From a virus (taxonomy: Duplodnaviria; Caudoviricetes): a DNA stretch of 33,646 nt. Under the pieces are notes generated by a model that worked only from the letters and a program-made list of their open reading frames with translations, made no database searches and was not told the origin of the DNA. Shown here piece after piece: positions 16,618-25,741 of this stretch (position 1 is its first letter; every line of letters begins with the position of its first letter). The stretch is taken from positions 1-33,646 of the IMG/VR virus record IMGVR_UViG_3300031839_001335; one strand, written 5' to 3'. The position numbers and the translations under genes are program-made.

Positions 16618-17442
16618 CTATCGATTAAAGGTTGTTTCAAGCGGGTCTGCTGGCATCACAACTTCGTTGTTCCGTCCAGCGGCTCGTGTGTCGGTTAAAG
16701 ATGGAGAGATGTCAGGAACAGGCTTTGGCTCAGGCGTTGCCGGTTTTGCCAGCATGTCGTTTCTTCGGCCAAGCTCTACAGCTTGAAGGTAAGGCGACAT
16801 TTTGCTGATTCTTTCCAACTCTGCCGGAGTCTTTGCGAGTGCGTAGATCACCTCTGCCCCGTGATCCAGATTCATGGCGACTTCAGCCATTGCCTCAGTG
16901 ATCGGAACATCGGCCAGCACCACCGAATCAAAGTCAGGCGCTACCTTGCGTCCACGGTTGATAAAATCATCCCGCTTGGCCATAGCCTCCTGCTGCAACC
17001 GATCACGTTCCCACTCTTGTTTCAGCGAGGATTTCAAGCCCTCTGCTTGCTGATTCATTTGTGAGCTCATGTATTCGGCTACCGCTTGCTGATACTTGGC
17101 TTCGTCGTATTCAAACTTGTCCAAAGTAGGGAACTCAGCTTGCGATTCAGGCTTTGGTTTTGACGCCTCTGCCATCTGCTGCCGGAGTTGCTCTAACTCG
17201 CGTTGCTGTTGCTCGATCTGACGATCTCGCTCCTGCCGTTTTTCTCTCTCGTTTAACAGTGCCACTATCGGCACTTTGTCAGTCTTTTCAGGCTCGTCTT
17301 GCGACGTTGGCTCGCTTTCCTGATCAGGTTCTTTGTGTGGCTCTGTTGCCGTTTCCTGCGCATCTACTTCAGTTAATTGCTGCTCAGGCACTTCCTGCTC
17401 AGGGGTTTCAACCGTTTCAACAAACTCATCTAGTTCTGACAT
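16618..17442 (-). CDS. Capsid scaffolding protein
   Basis: Acidic disordered N-terminus, VP..AL..ER.KRQ, coiled coil, Y.LAK.P.E..RI. GAGG RBS supports ATG 17442. Confidence 0.85.
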   Translation of the reverse strand: MSELDEFVETVETPEQEVPEQQLTEVDAQETATEPHKEPDQESEPTSQDEPEKTDKVPIVALLNEREKRQERDRQIEQQQRELEQLRQQMAEASKPKPESQAEFPTLDKFEYDEAKYQQAVAEYMSSQMNQQAEGLKSSLKQEWERDRLQQEAMAKRDDFINRGRKVAPDFDSVVLADVPITEAMAEVAMNLDHGAEVIYALAKTPAELERISKMSPYLQAVELGRRNDMLAKPATPEPKPVPDISPSLTDTRAAGRNNEVVMPADPLETTFNR

Positions 17443-17561
17443 ATCGACCTCGCTGCGTCGTCCAGTAATCGACCGCCCTGCGTCGTCCAGTGCCTTATCG
17501 CGGCAAACGTGCAACAAAAAACCCACCGGAGCGGATTTCGTGCTGATCTGTGATCTTATGC

Positions 17562-18542
17562 TTAAATAGGGCCTGCAAATTGAGTCAAAACATTGACGGC
17601 CGTGGCTGCTGCCGGTGAGCCGGTTTTATCCAGCACATAGTCACCTGCCTGATATGCAGTATCCTCGATTGGCTGCTGCGTTACTCTTGCGGCCTGCTCT
17701 AGCGCATCATCCTCACCGATTGCCAACCCATAGCCCAATCGAGCAAGACCCGATAAGCCCTGCATGGGCACATCAAACAAGTCAAGGACGTTGCCTAGCT
17801 GTTGCATGACTTCAGCAAATTGCTGCTTTCTCGCTTCTCGCTTCATGGCAAAGGCCTCACCTCTGCGTCTGCGCTCTTGGTTCTGCTCTTGTTGAGCAAT
17901 AGCTGCCTGAGCCTCTTCAGGAGCCATAGAAGCGCCCACTAAACCGGCTGTTACGGCTGCTGGTGCGGCAGATGCTAGTAGATTTGGGCTGCCAATCTTT
18001 TCGGGGTCGAATTCGGCGTTGACGCTGCGAATTTTTGAAGGGTCAAGCACCACCGTTGCCGGAGGTCTTTGCCTTACAGCATCTGCACCTTCATCGACTA
18101 TAAAACTGTCAAAACCCAATTCAGGGACTTCTTCTCGTAAAAATTCAGCTAATGAGTTATTTTCAACCCAGTCAGGCAACCCTTGTTCTGTGATCTCGGA
18201 ACCGTTATCAAAAACACCCTTGTATTTTTCTCGATAGATACGCAAATGGTCGGGGTTACGAGTATCAAATGTTTTCTGACGATTTAGATAAACAGGGATT
18301 ACACCGGGCGCATCTTTTGTAACCCCGTAGAAAGATGACGATGATGCACTTGAGTCTGTGAACTTACTAGCATAATCAGCGTCTGCCGTGAAAAAGGAAT
18401 CTTCTTTAAATGACGGGAAATCGATATTAGGAGAACCGTGATAAAAAACCTCGCTAGTGTCAAACCCCATGTCACGCGCACGCTTCATACGAGCAGCCGT
18501 TGACATATCCAGCGCTTTCTTTAAGCCAGCCAGCTTACCCAT
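17562..18542 (-). CDS. Protein with a putative ADP-ribosyltransferase-like (polyvalent-protein ART) domain
   Basis: RA..MGFD...YHGS...F...FFT.D..YAS.F...VIPVYL...DP.KIRSVNA.FDP motifs, then a helical A/Q-rich C-terminus. Confidence 0.6.
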   Translation of the reverse strand: MGKLAGLKKALDMSTAARMKRARDMGFDTSEVFYHGSPNIDFPSFKEDSFFTADADYASKFTDSSASSSSFYGVTKDAPGVIPVYLNRQKTFDTRNPDHLRIYREKYKGVFDNGSEITEQGLPDWVENNSLAEFLREEVPELGFDSFIVDEGADAVRQRPPATVVLDPSKIRSVNAEFDPEKIGSPNLLASAAPAAVTAGLVGASMAPEEAQAAIAQQEQNQERRRRGEAFAMKREARKQQFAEVMQQLGNVLDLFDVPMQGLSGLARLGYGLAIGEDDALEQAARVTQQPIEDTAYQAGDYVLDKTGSPAAATAVNVLTQFAGPI

Positions 18543-20376
18543 CAACCTGTTCCAGCATGTCACTTAAGCCAGACTCAACCGCATCATTCTCTAGCTCTTG
18601 AGCCTCAGTGTCGGCCATGTCTTTAGCAGCTTTGGCCAATTTTGCGCGAATATCGGCTACTTTTGTGGCTTTCTCAATTTGGTAAGCCTCTTCCTCACGC
18701 TGTTGAGCCTTTTGCATCTCTACCTGCTTCATTTCAGCCTCTTCCGGGCTTAATTCACCGCCGGAAATGACTTCCATGAGCCGTTTTTTGTTCGGAACAT
18801 GAGGCATCAACTCAAGCCAGATTTGTAAAGGCACCTGAGTACCTGAAGCACTCACCGCATTAGCAAATGCCTCGAATGTCTCGGTCTGCAATGTGGTGAC
18901 GTCCGGCACCATGTCTAGGATGATGTCGATGTCCAACTCAGCCACATGGTTTTCGATGTGGTGAACCTCGTTTGCGATGGGGTTCATCGGATCAAACGGC
19001 TGGCCCTGCTCTTTGAGCATCTCGCCAAACGTAACCGGCTTATTCAGCGCGATAAATTTCAGACTGTTTTCGTCATCGGTAACGCGAATCCACTTCTCTT
19101 CACGCCAGAATTGCTTGATACGCGCCCAAATCTGCCGATAGATGCGCTTTTCCCAGTAACGTGCGCCATCCAGAAGCGGTGCAAGGCCACGCACTGCGGC
19201 CTGCTGGCTCATTTGCATGGCGCGGCCAGATAGCGACTTCTCAGAGCCACCTGAAAGCTGCTCTACGCCACCAAAGCTGTTAAGCGATCCCTTGGCATCC
19301 TGCAATAGCTGAAACTGACCGGACGCTAGGTCGCCAGTATGCTCGATGCTGAATTCTTTGCCGGGGTTTTTCTCAACGTAGCCATCAGGCTTGTTGACCT
19401 CGGCTCTGGCTCTGTTGATGCTATCGACTGCGCCCTTGTCCGCTATGACCTGTCGAGTAGATAGCAAGTGCAGTGACTTAGATCGTCGCTTATTGATCTC
19501 ATCAACAATGGTGATAAGTTGCCGAACATAACCGTATGGGTTGTTGTCCCGATCCATGTAGGCGCGTTGCACCTCAATCGGGTTGGCCGGCTCACCATCC
19601 TCATCCAGATAGTCAGACGGATGCGGCTCGACCACATAACCCTGTCCGGTAAACATGCAGTGCAGCCACTGACCACCAGACTGATAATACATCTCGATGA
19701 TCTTGACGCGATGGCGATTGCGGTCAAAAAACAGGTTCTTTGGCTTGTCGTCGTAGGTATCTGTGCCGCCTGCCTCTTCAATGCCAGCGGTCAGGATGGT
19801 CGGGTCAACATTCGGCCACTTGGCCTGTGCTGCCGTGTCCTCCATCCAAATCGCCTGCCCCATAAACATGGCGTCTGCGCCGTCTTTGCGTGACGAATGC
19901 GAGTCGATGAAAAAGCGATCCCAAGGGATGCGACGAGGCATAATCTCAACACCCCGCTTACCCTTCTTGATCTCCACAATAGAAGCCATCGTGCCTTCGA
20001 CCAAGTAGTCATCAATGCATGTTGTCTTAACTTGATCTAAATTAGCGTTGTCGGCCACATAACGCAAGGCATCGGTCACGGATTCTGCCGCATCTTCATC
20101 GTCTGGATTTCTAGGGAATCCCTTTATATCAGTTCGGGAGGTGATCTCGTAACCGATGATCGATTGAACAAACTCTTTAAGCTCAGGCGATTGCGTTATC
20201 GGTTGCTTGCGGTTCTTAAGCGCAGTTTCTTCCTCAGAAGTCCATTGCTTCAAGTCCACATAGTCTCGATCACGCTCTGCCTTTGTGCGGTTGTCTTGAG
20301 TCGCCAGCGCGGTATCAATATACCAACGTTTCACATCCTCAAGCTGTTTTCCAGGAGTCATATTCGTCATCTTCAT
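18535..20376 (-). CDS. Portal protein (P22-like; start may be 20361)
   Basis: DRDY.D.KQW, L..R.QP, PYG.VR.L...DEINKRRSK and SGRA motifs. Follows terL. Confidence 0.92.
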   Translation of the reverse strand: MKMTNMTPGKQLEDVKRWYIDTALATQDNRTKAERDRDYVDLKQWTSEEETALKNRKQPITQSPELKEFVQSIIGYEITSRTDIKGFPRNPDDEDAAESVTDALRYVADNANLDQVKTTCIDDYLVEGTMASIVEIKKGKRGVEIMPRRIPWDRFFIDSHSSRKDGADAMFMGQAIWMEDTAAQAKWPNVDPTILTAGIEEAGGTDTYDDKPKNLFFDRNRHRVKIIEMYYQSGGQWLHCMFTGQGYVVEPHPSDYLDEDGEPANPIEVQRAYMDRDNNPYGYVRQLITIVDEINKRRSKSLHLLSTRQVIADKGAVDSINRARAEVNKPDGYVEKNPGKEFSIEHTGDLASGQFQLLQDAKGSLNSFGGVEQLSGGSEKSLSGRAMQMSQQAAVRGLAPLLDGARYWEKRIYRQIWARIKQFWREEKWIRVTDDENSLKFIALNKPVTFGEMLKEQGQPFDPMNPIANEVHHIENHVAELDIDIILDMVPDVTTLQTETFEAFANAVSASGTQVPLQIWLELMPHVPNKKRLMEVISGGELSPEEAEMKQVEMQKAQQREEEAYQIEKATKVADIRAKLAKAAKDMADTEAQELENDAVESGLSDMLEQVDG

Positions 20377-21886
20377 TAAAAACCTTATCCCACCTATCGC
20401 GTGGTTTTGTGTCGGCCTTGCTTACAGGCGCAGCACCAATAATCTCGTCAAGCGCCATGCCAATCAGCGCACATACATCTACAGCGTCGTCGTAGCGTCC
20501 TGTAGGAAATGAGCAGAGTTGATTGATGAGCCGGTCGCCCCATTCGGTATAGGGGATATAAACCTTGCCCATTGCAGCGCGTCCTCGGAAGGATTGCGCC
20601 ATTGCCGCCTTGTCTGCGGTGCGAGCAACCCATTCATAGCTTGAATAAAGCCGCCTTTCATGGGCGCGTTTCATCATCAAGCCTTCGATGGCTTTCTGAA
20701 TCACGCCCTTTTCCCCGAAGATGGTCATAGGCTTATGCTCTGCGGCAAGATCAAGCTGTCGATCTACCCAAACATCAGGCGTTTCTTGCCCAAACCACCA
20801 ATCCACTGCGTACAAGTCATCAGCAGGGCTGACGCCCCACACACCAAACTCGGTATAATCGCCACCGCCTTCTGTCACCGCGTAGTCAGATGTTATGTAC
20901 TTATGTACGTCTGGCAAATCCTGCAAGTGATACCGCTTAAACCACTCTCGTTTAAAGAAATCGCCCTCTGTAGCAGACGGTATTTGCTGGTATAAAGAAT
21001 TCCAATCCCTTAAACCTGTTAATGTCATGGTTTTTTTGGTTTGCTCCCACCATTCAGGACTAAACCAATCAACCCAAAGCCATTCGCCCTCTTTGCGGCC
21101 TAATAAGTCGTTTTCTCTAGCCTCTGCCGGCAAGCAAACAACAAACCATTCCTTGCCATCCCTTGCCTTAACAATACCGCTTTCGCCGTTCCAATCTTCT
21201 GGCAAGATACGCCCTGCCAGATCATCTTCATGCCATCGGGTTAAAATGATGATTTCAGGACTATTGGGCTTTAGCCGTGTTTGAAAGTCTGTTTTGTACC
21301 ATTCCCACGTGGAGTTTCTAACCGTTTCAGAATCAGCATCCTTTCTACCCTTAACGGGGTCATCAATAATGCCTAAATCACCCCTTCTGCCTGTAATACC
21401 AGCACCAACACCAACAGACTTGTAATTGTTGCCTTTGGCTGTCTCCCATTCACTCTTAGATTGCGAGTCTTGAGATAGCTCAGTATCAGGAAAAACGCTT
21501 TGGTATTCAGGCGTTCTTACTAAGTTTCTAACCTTGCGGCCAAAGGTGTTTGATAAGTCTTGGCCATAACTAGCCGATATAACGCTTTTACCTACTACGC
21601 CTTCACTATCCCACCTCCCCATCACATAAGCAGGGAAATTAACCGTAGCATAAGTAGACTTTGCCGAACCCGGCGGCATAAATACCATCAAGTTCTTAAG
21701 CTCGCCGCTTACTATCTTGTCCAGATAGCCGTTTAATACTTTATGGTGCTTTGCTGGGGGCTGGTCAGGTGATATAGAAAGGCTAAAGCCTGTCATTGAG
21801 CTTCTAGCCTGCCTACGCTTTAAAAGCTCCCTAGCCGCGTCCTGACGCGATAGCTTCAAGCTCTGCATCTGATAAGCCTGTTGCAT
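20339..21886 (-). CDS. terL: Terminase large subunit
   Basis: MPPGSAKS Walker A, IIDDP.K Walker B, TRWHEDDLAG, and RNase H-like D...FP.GRYDDAVD. Confidence 0.95.
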   Translation of the reverse strand: MQQAYQMQSLKLSRQDAARELLKRRQARSSMTGFSLSISPDQPPAKHHKVLNGYLDKIVSGELKNLMVFMPPGSAKSTYATVNFPAYVMGRWDSEGVVGKSVISASYGQDLSNTFGRKVRNLVRTPEYQSVFPDTELSQDSQSKSEWETAKGNNYKSVGVGAGITGRRGDLGIIDDPVKGRKDADSETVRNSTWEWYKTDFQTRLKPNSPEIIILTRWHEDDLAGRILPEDWNGESGIVKARDGKEWFVVCLPAEARENDLLGRKEGEWLWVDWFSPEWWEQTKKTMTLTGLRDWNSLYQQIPSATEGDFFKREWFKRYHLQDLPDVHKYITSDYAVTEGGGDYTEFGVWGVSPADDLYAVDWWFGQETPDVWVDRQLDLAAEHKPMTIFGEKGVIQKAIEGLMMKRAHERRLYSSYEWVARTADKAAMAQSFRGRAAMGKVYIPYTEWGDRLINQLCSFPTGRYDDAVDVCALIGMALDEIIGAAPVSKADTKPRDRWDKVFNEDDEYDSWKTA

Positions 21887-22229
21887 CTCTAGCCGTTATG
21901 TTTGCGTTAATGTCTTGCTGATCTTTCCAACCGAAGTTGTTTTTCAGGTTGAAAATAGCGCCAGTTACAGCGCTTCCATAAAGTCGTTGCTCTAATGCAA
22001 TCGCAACCCTTTGTTTTGCCGCCTTTATTGTGTGAAGAAATTCTTTTTTATCCTCATACCCAAGTAATGCCCTGCGAGACATGCCAAGCGCATGGGCCAA
22101 GCCTTCTACGGTCGGGCAATACTGAAGCCCGTTGCCAATATCGACGTAGGCGTCCGTCTCGAAATACTTATCGATGACCTTTTGCATCTCTTCTGGCGTC
22201 TTGTACATTGGTGGTCTGCCTGCGCCCAT
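21831..22229 (-). CDS. terS: Terminase small subunit (P22 gp3-like)
   Basis: GRPP.YKTPEE, PTVEGLA..LG and GAIFNLKNNFGWKD motifs. Confidence 0.9.
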   Translation of the reverse strand: MGAGRPPMYKTPEEMQKVIDKYFETDAYVDIGNGLQYCPTVEGLAHALGMSRRALLGYEDKKEFLHTIKAAKQRVAIALEQRLYGSAVTGAIFNLKNNFGWKDQQDINANITARDATGLSDAELEAIASGRG

Positions 22230-22573
22230 TATCGACCACCCGGCAGTACATGAAACACTGTGTGATATTCAACCGTCTTGGAGCCGCTTGTCAGCTCTGC
22301 TACAGCAAGATAACGTGTGTTAGCCGCCAGCGGTATGCTGCTGGTGTCGTAGTCGTTATACAAGTCCCAATCGCGCCCTTGCACCTTTTCGCCCGTATAC
22401 TCAGCCAGTGCCACGTCATCAGTTGCCGTAGCGCTGTAGCTAGTGCGGATCGTGACATTGCCTGCCCATGTGTTGCCATCATCGGGGCCTCTAACAAGCA
22501 GGCGCAGCGTATCGCCAAGCCTAACGGCGCTTTGATGTTCTGAGCTGTAAGGGATGGCAATAATCATAGGCAT
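22229..22573 (-). CDS. Hypothetical protein, first late gene
   Basis: ORF coupled to terS. Confidence 0.6.
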   Translation of the reverse strand: MPMIIAIPYSSEHQSAVRLGDTLRLLVRGPDDGNTWAGNVTIRTSYSATATDDVALAEYTGEKVQGRDWDLYNDYDTSSIPLAANTRYLAVAELTSGSKTVEYHTVFHVLPGGR

Positions 22574-22574
22574 T

Positions 22575-22596
22575 AAAAAACCGCCCTAAAGGCGGT
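22575..22596 (-). terminator. Rho-independent terminator (tR'-like)
   Basis: Minus strand ACCGCC-TTTAG-GGCGG followed by T6. Confidence 0.75.
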
Positions 22597-22635
22597 GGGT
22601 TATCTTTAGGGATAGAATCCCTTATATTAAAAATA

Positions 22636-22664
22636 AGCGTACCACAGCGTTTTCTCTTACGCAA
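22636..22664 (-). promoter_or_regulatory. Late promoter (pR'-like)
   Basis: TTGCGT-17 nt-TACGCT with an extended -10 TG, located between the Q-like gene and a terminator. Confidence 0.6.
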
Positions 22665-23096
22665 CTACATATCGTGTTTTTTTTCAAACGAGACACTAGA
22701 TATTTTGGTTCTGTAATTTTCCGCTAACCAACCTCTTGCTCTGTGGCACATCTGATCGTAAGCATTAGCACTCACTCGCATGATCTCAGCCGCCTTTGCT
22801 GTTGGCAACTGCGAACCATCTATTCTGCGCTGATACCGCAAGCAAATCGCTACATACCACCGTTCATTTTTGCGCTCTAAGTTTAACAGCAATTTTTTTG
22901 TTTCTTTGAATGCTTGGATAATGTCGGGGTCGGTGAAGTCAATTCTCGAACTGGGGAGCTTGCTCTTAAACTCGCAGCCGGTCATCCCGCCATCTTCCAC
23001 CACCCTACCCCAGGGCGATGGCTTATTAAACATCAACTGACGTCTTAGTAGCTCTTCGTAGTAGTTATGTAACATCCATTCAACTCGGTTTTTCAT
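22665..23096 (-). CDS. Putative late regulator (antiterminator Q-like / sigma region-4 HTH)
   Basis: C-terminal LRY...AAEIMRVS...Y.....RA..WL HTH. Sits before the promoter-terminator pair. Confidence 0.6.
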   Translation of the reverse strand: MKNRVEWMLHNYYEELLRRQLMFNKPSPWGRVVEDGGMTGCEFKSKLPSSRIDFTDPDIIQAFKETKKLLLNLERKNERWYVAICLRYQRRIDGSQLPTAKAAEIMRVSANAYDQMCHRARGWLAENYRTKISSVSFEKKHDM

Positions 23097-23120
23097 CGAA
23101 AGAAGCCCGTTATTTGCCGC

Positions 23121-24734
23121 TTATTGCGCTGAAGTAACGCACTTGTTCACGTTGCTGATAATATCTCGCATAACGCTTAATCTTGAATTTAAAACGTCAT
23201 AATCTTCATAAATTCCGACAAGCGTGCTGCCAGAAGCCTTGGCATCCCAGCGATTATCCAAAACGTTTTGAATACGCGAGATTAAGCCATTAATCGCCTG
23301 TTTCGACTCAGAGTAAGGCCATGACTCTTCGCTGCATTTGTCTGTAAGCACTGGCTCTGGCACTGGCTCCGGCTGTGGTTCAGGTTCTGGAACCGGTTCA
23401 GGCTCAGGGCTTGGCTCAGGAGTTGGTTGTGGCACGGGTGTTGGTGCTGGTGTAGGCGTAGGTGTTGGACTTGGAGTTAAGTTCAACTCGCTTAACTGAG
23501 CAAACGTGCCACACGTATTGTTACCCGTGATATTCGAACCGAAGCAGGTCTTATTTTGTACCGTGTTTTTGAAATAAAATTGATTATTATCAATCGTTAA
23601 ATCTTGCCCACGAACAGCCAACGGCAAATCAGTGTGATCTGCTGTCAGTGCTACGATGTTATTGCTAATCTCGATCGGATAGTGCTCTGTTTTTTTCGTA
23701 TCTTCAGAACCTAAATACGTTTTAATCGCTTGTGTGGTGGTGCCAGATAGGTCGGTAATCACGTTGTCTAATATCTTAGTGCCAACGCATGAGCCGCAGC
23801 CGATCGCTGTGCGCCCCATGTTTTCTAATCTGTTACCCTGAATTAAAACATTCTCAAACGATTCTTCTTTAGAGTAACCCGTGTTCACTGCGATGCCGTA
23901 GCACCAGCCGGATGTGCTGTTCACGTCTTCGTGCACGTAGTTATTTAATACGTTGACGTAGCCACTTTGTGTGCCGTGAACCACGATTGATACGCCCTTA
24001 CAAACACCGGAATCTAACGATGAATTGAACGATTCGTTGTTTTGAATCAGCACATTTGAGCCGATATTGCCAACATAAATATTATGATCAAAGACCGTGC
24101 CTGAGCCGTTATTTGCAAAGTAATTGCCGTCAATCGTTAAGCCGTAAGCAGAGCCTAAGAAGCCTTGACGAACGTTGTTGATAATCGTTGAATTGCTTAA
24201 CGTGATATTGCTATTTGCGTTATCGGGTGTTTGAGGCACGTTATGTGCTGTAGACGAATAAACGCCGATGCCAAAGCCATCAATCAGCAAATTATCGAGC
24301 ACGACATTATTAACATCGTTCGCAATAAAGACGCCGTACGTTGAGCCTCCAGTACCAATAAGATGCAAGTTTTCAACGCGATAATCCCCATCTTTTTCCG
24401 GTGTTCCTCCATCGACAAACTGGATGCCATTTAAACCTGATGCTTTAATAATCGGCCTCGGCCCTGTGCCGTAGGCTTTGATTGTGCATGTATTGCCCGT
24501 GCAGTTTAAATTCTGAAATCGAATACCCGAGCCGTTGAACTTTCCTCCTCGACACAACGAAAGAGTGCTATTGCCTGGTGCAGTCGCTAACGCATTCATG
24601 CCTTTGTCGAATGTCAAAAAAGGGCTGGATTGGGAACCTGAGTTTGTATCTAAGCCCGTGTCGCACACGTAATAATCTGTGGCTAAAGTTGTTGTGCTAA
24701 AAAATAATAACGCAATTAGAATTAATTTTTTCAT
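23121..24734 (-). CDS. Secreted right-handed parallel beta-helix protein with a Pro-rich linker
   Basis: Signal peptide MKKLILIALLFFSTTTLA. YYV...G.D.NSG...SPF.T and DHNIYV motifs, I..N repeats, PT/PE linker. Confidence 0.85.
   Translation of the reverse strand: MKKLILIALLFFSTTTLATDYYVCDTGLDTNSGSQSSPFLTFDKGMNALATAPGNSTLSLCRGGKFNGSGIRFQNLNCTGNTCTIKAYGTGPRPIIKASGLNGIQFVDGGTPEKDGDYRVENLHLIGTGGSTYGVFIANDVNNVVLDNLLIDGFGIGVYSSTAHNVPQTPDNANSNITLSNSTIINNVRQGFLGSAYGLTIDGNYFANNGSGTVFDHNIYVGNIGSNVLIQNNESFNSSLDSGVCKGVSIVVHGTQSGYVNVLNNYVHEDVNSTSGWCYGIAVNTGYSKEESFENVLIQGNRLENMGRTAIGCGSCVGTKILDNVITDLSGTTTQAIKTYLGSEDTKKTEHYPIEISNNIVALTADHTDLPLAVRGQDLTIDNNQFYFKNTVQNKTCFGSNITGNNTCGTFAQLSELNLTPSPTPTPTPAPTPVPQPTPEPSPEPEPVPEPEPQPEPVPEPVLTDKCSEESWPYSESKQAINGLISRIQNVLDNRWDAKASGSTLVGIYEDYDVLNSRLSVMRDIISNVNKCVTSAQ
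23351..23477 (-). repeat. Coding low-complexity (PT/PE)n linker
   Basis: TPSPTPTPTPAPTPVPQPTPEPSPEPEPVPEPEPQPEPVPEP. Confidence 0.85.
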
Positions 24735-24806
24735 AACTGGCTCGCTGTTTTCATGTTAAAATTGTGCGCGTGATCTTCTAGTCAAGTGTTAATAGCTTCA
24801 ACGTTA

Positions 24807-25073
24807 TCACTTCACCAATGCATTTCCAAGTATCATTTCAATAATCTGTCTGGCATCCCCGTTCTTGGCTTGATTCGGTGTTACCTGATAAATAGTCCAA
24901 TCATTACTTATCTCGTTTAGCCCAATTTTATCTATGGGCATGATCTTTATGCCTATCTTGCGACTTGGCCATGCGAAACACATTGTCACGCCTTGGACAC
25001 TGTAGTTCGTTTTAAAATCGGGGAGTCTTGCTTTTAGTAGCTGATCGTTTAATGATTTATGTGCTGCTTTCAT
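24807..25073 (-). CDS. Hypothetical protein, possibly a degenerate DUF559/Vsr-like fold
   Basis: FAWP..KIGI and W.IY.VTP.Q.KNG.A motifs, without the usual acidic catalytic residues. Confidence 0.5.
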   Translation of the reverse strand: MKAAHKSLNDQLLKARLPDFKTNYSVQGVTMCFAWPSRKIGIKIMPIDKIGLNEISNDWTIYQVTPNQAKNGDARQIIEMILGNALVK

Positions 25074-25650
25074 TCAATTCCTTTAATTTCTTTTTATACT
25101 CAGTTTCAATCGCTTTGTAATCTTCTGCTGTGCGCTTTACCTGCCTAACTAAACTTAGCGCCTCAACTCGACTCTTGCCTATACGCTCGATCAACCGCTT
25201 CTCATACTCGCCAACATTGCCGCTTAGGTGGTTATTACAGACTGAGCATTGTTTATTGACGTTATCTTCATTGAATCGAATATCTCCCCTAGCCCCAACG
25301 GTTTTTAAATGCCCTGCGTGCCATTGCCCTTGCCAGTTGTGCGGCTTGTCGCACGATATACAGCCCAGTTTTTCATCACGCTTGCGTATGTATGCGTTAA
25401 ACGCTTTTTGCGCTGCTTTGCGCCTGAATGATGTGTCCTGTGCTCTAAAATCTCGTTTCTGCTTCGCTCTCTCCTTTTTCTCTCTCTTCTTGAGGTTCGC
25501 TATCTTTTTCTCTCGCTGTTTCTCTGTCTTTTCTTTAGCCCAAAAAACGGCATGATTCGGTATGCAAAAGAAAGAGTTGTCTGGCGCGATAAACCCACGA
25601 TCAACTCGGCTATACTCTCCACAATACTTACACTTTCTTTTACTGTTCAC
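25057..25650 (-). CDS. ninG: NinG/Rap-family recombination endonuclease
   Basis: AQKAFNAYIR.RD...CISC...WHAGH......RFNE.N...QC..CN.HLSGN motifs. Confidence 0.92.
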   Translation of the reverse strand: MNSKRKCKYCGEYSRVDRGFIAPDNSFFCIPNHAVFWAKEKTEKQREKKIANLKKREKKERAKQKRDFRAQDTSFRRKAAQKAFNAYIRKRDEKLGCISCDKPHNWQGQWHAGHLKTVGARGDIRFNEDNVNKQCSVCNNHLSGNVGEYEKRLIERIGKSRVEALSLVRQVKRTAEDYKAIETEYKKKLKELNESST

Positions 25651-25722
25651 TTCTTCTTATCAGTCGGTCTTTGCCTACTTCCTTTTGACATTTTCTTATC
25701 CTTTTTTTTAGTTGTTAGTTCC

Positions 25723-25741
25723 GCTTAACGCACTGTTATAT
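25723..25741 (+). other. attI-like recombination site B
   Basis: GCTTAAC-GCACT-GTTATAT, preceded by GTTCC as in site A. Confidence 0.55.

Noticed and set aside
25647-25691. 14-codon ORF MSKGSRQRPTDKKK coupled to ninG
   Set aside because: It has a plausible RBS and may be a gene remnant or leader, but it is too short to support as a feature.
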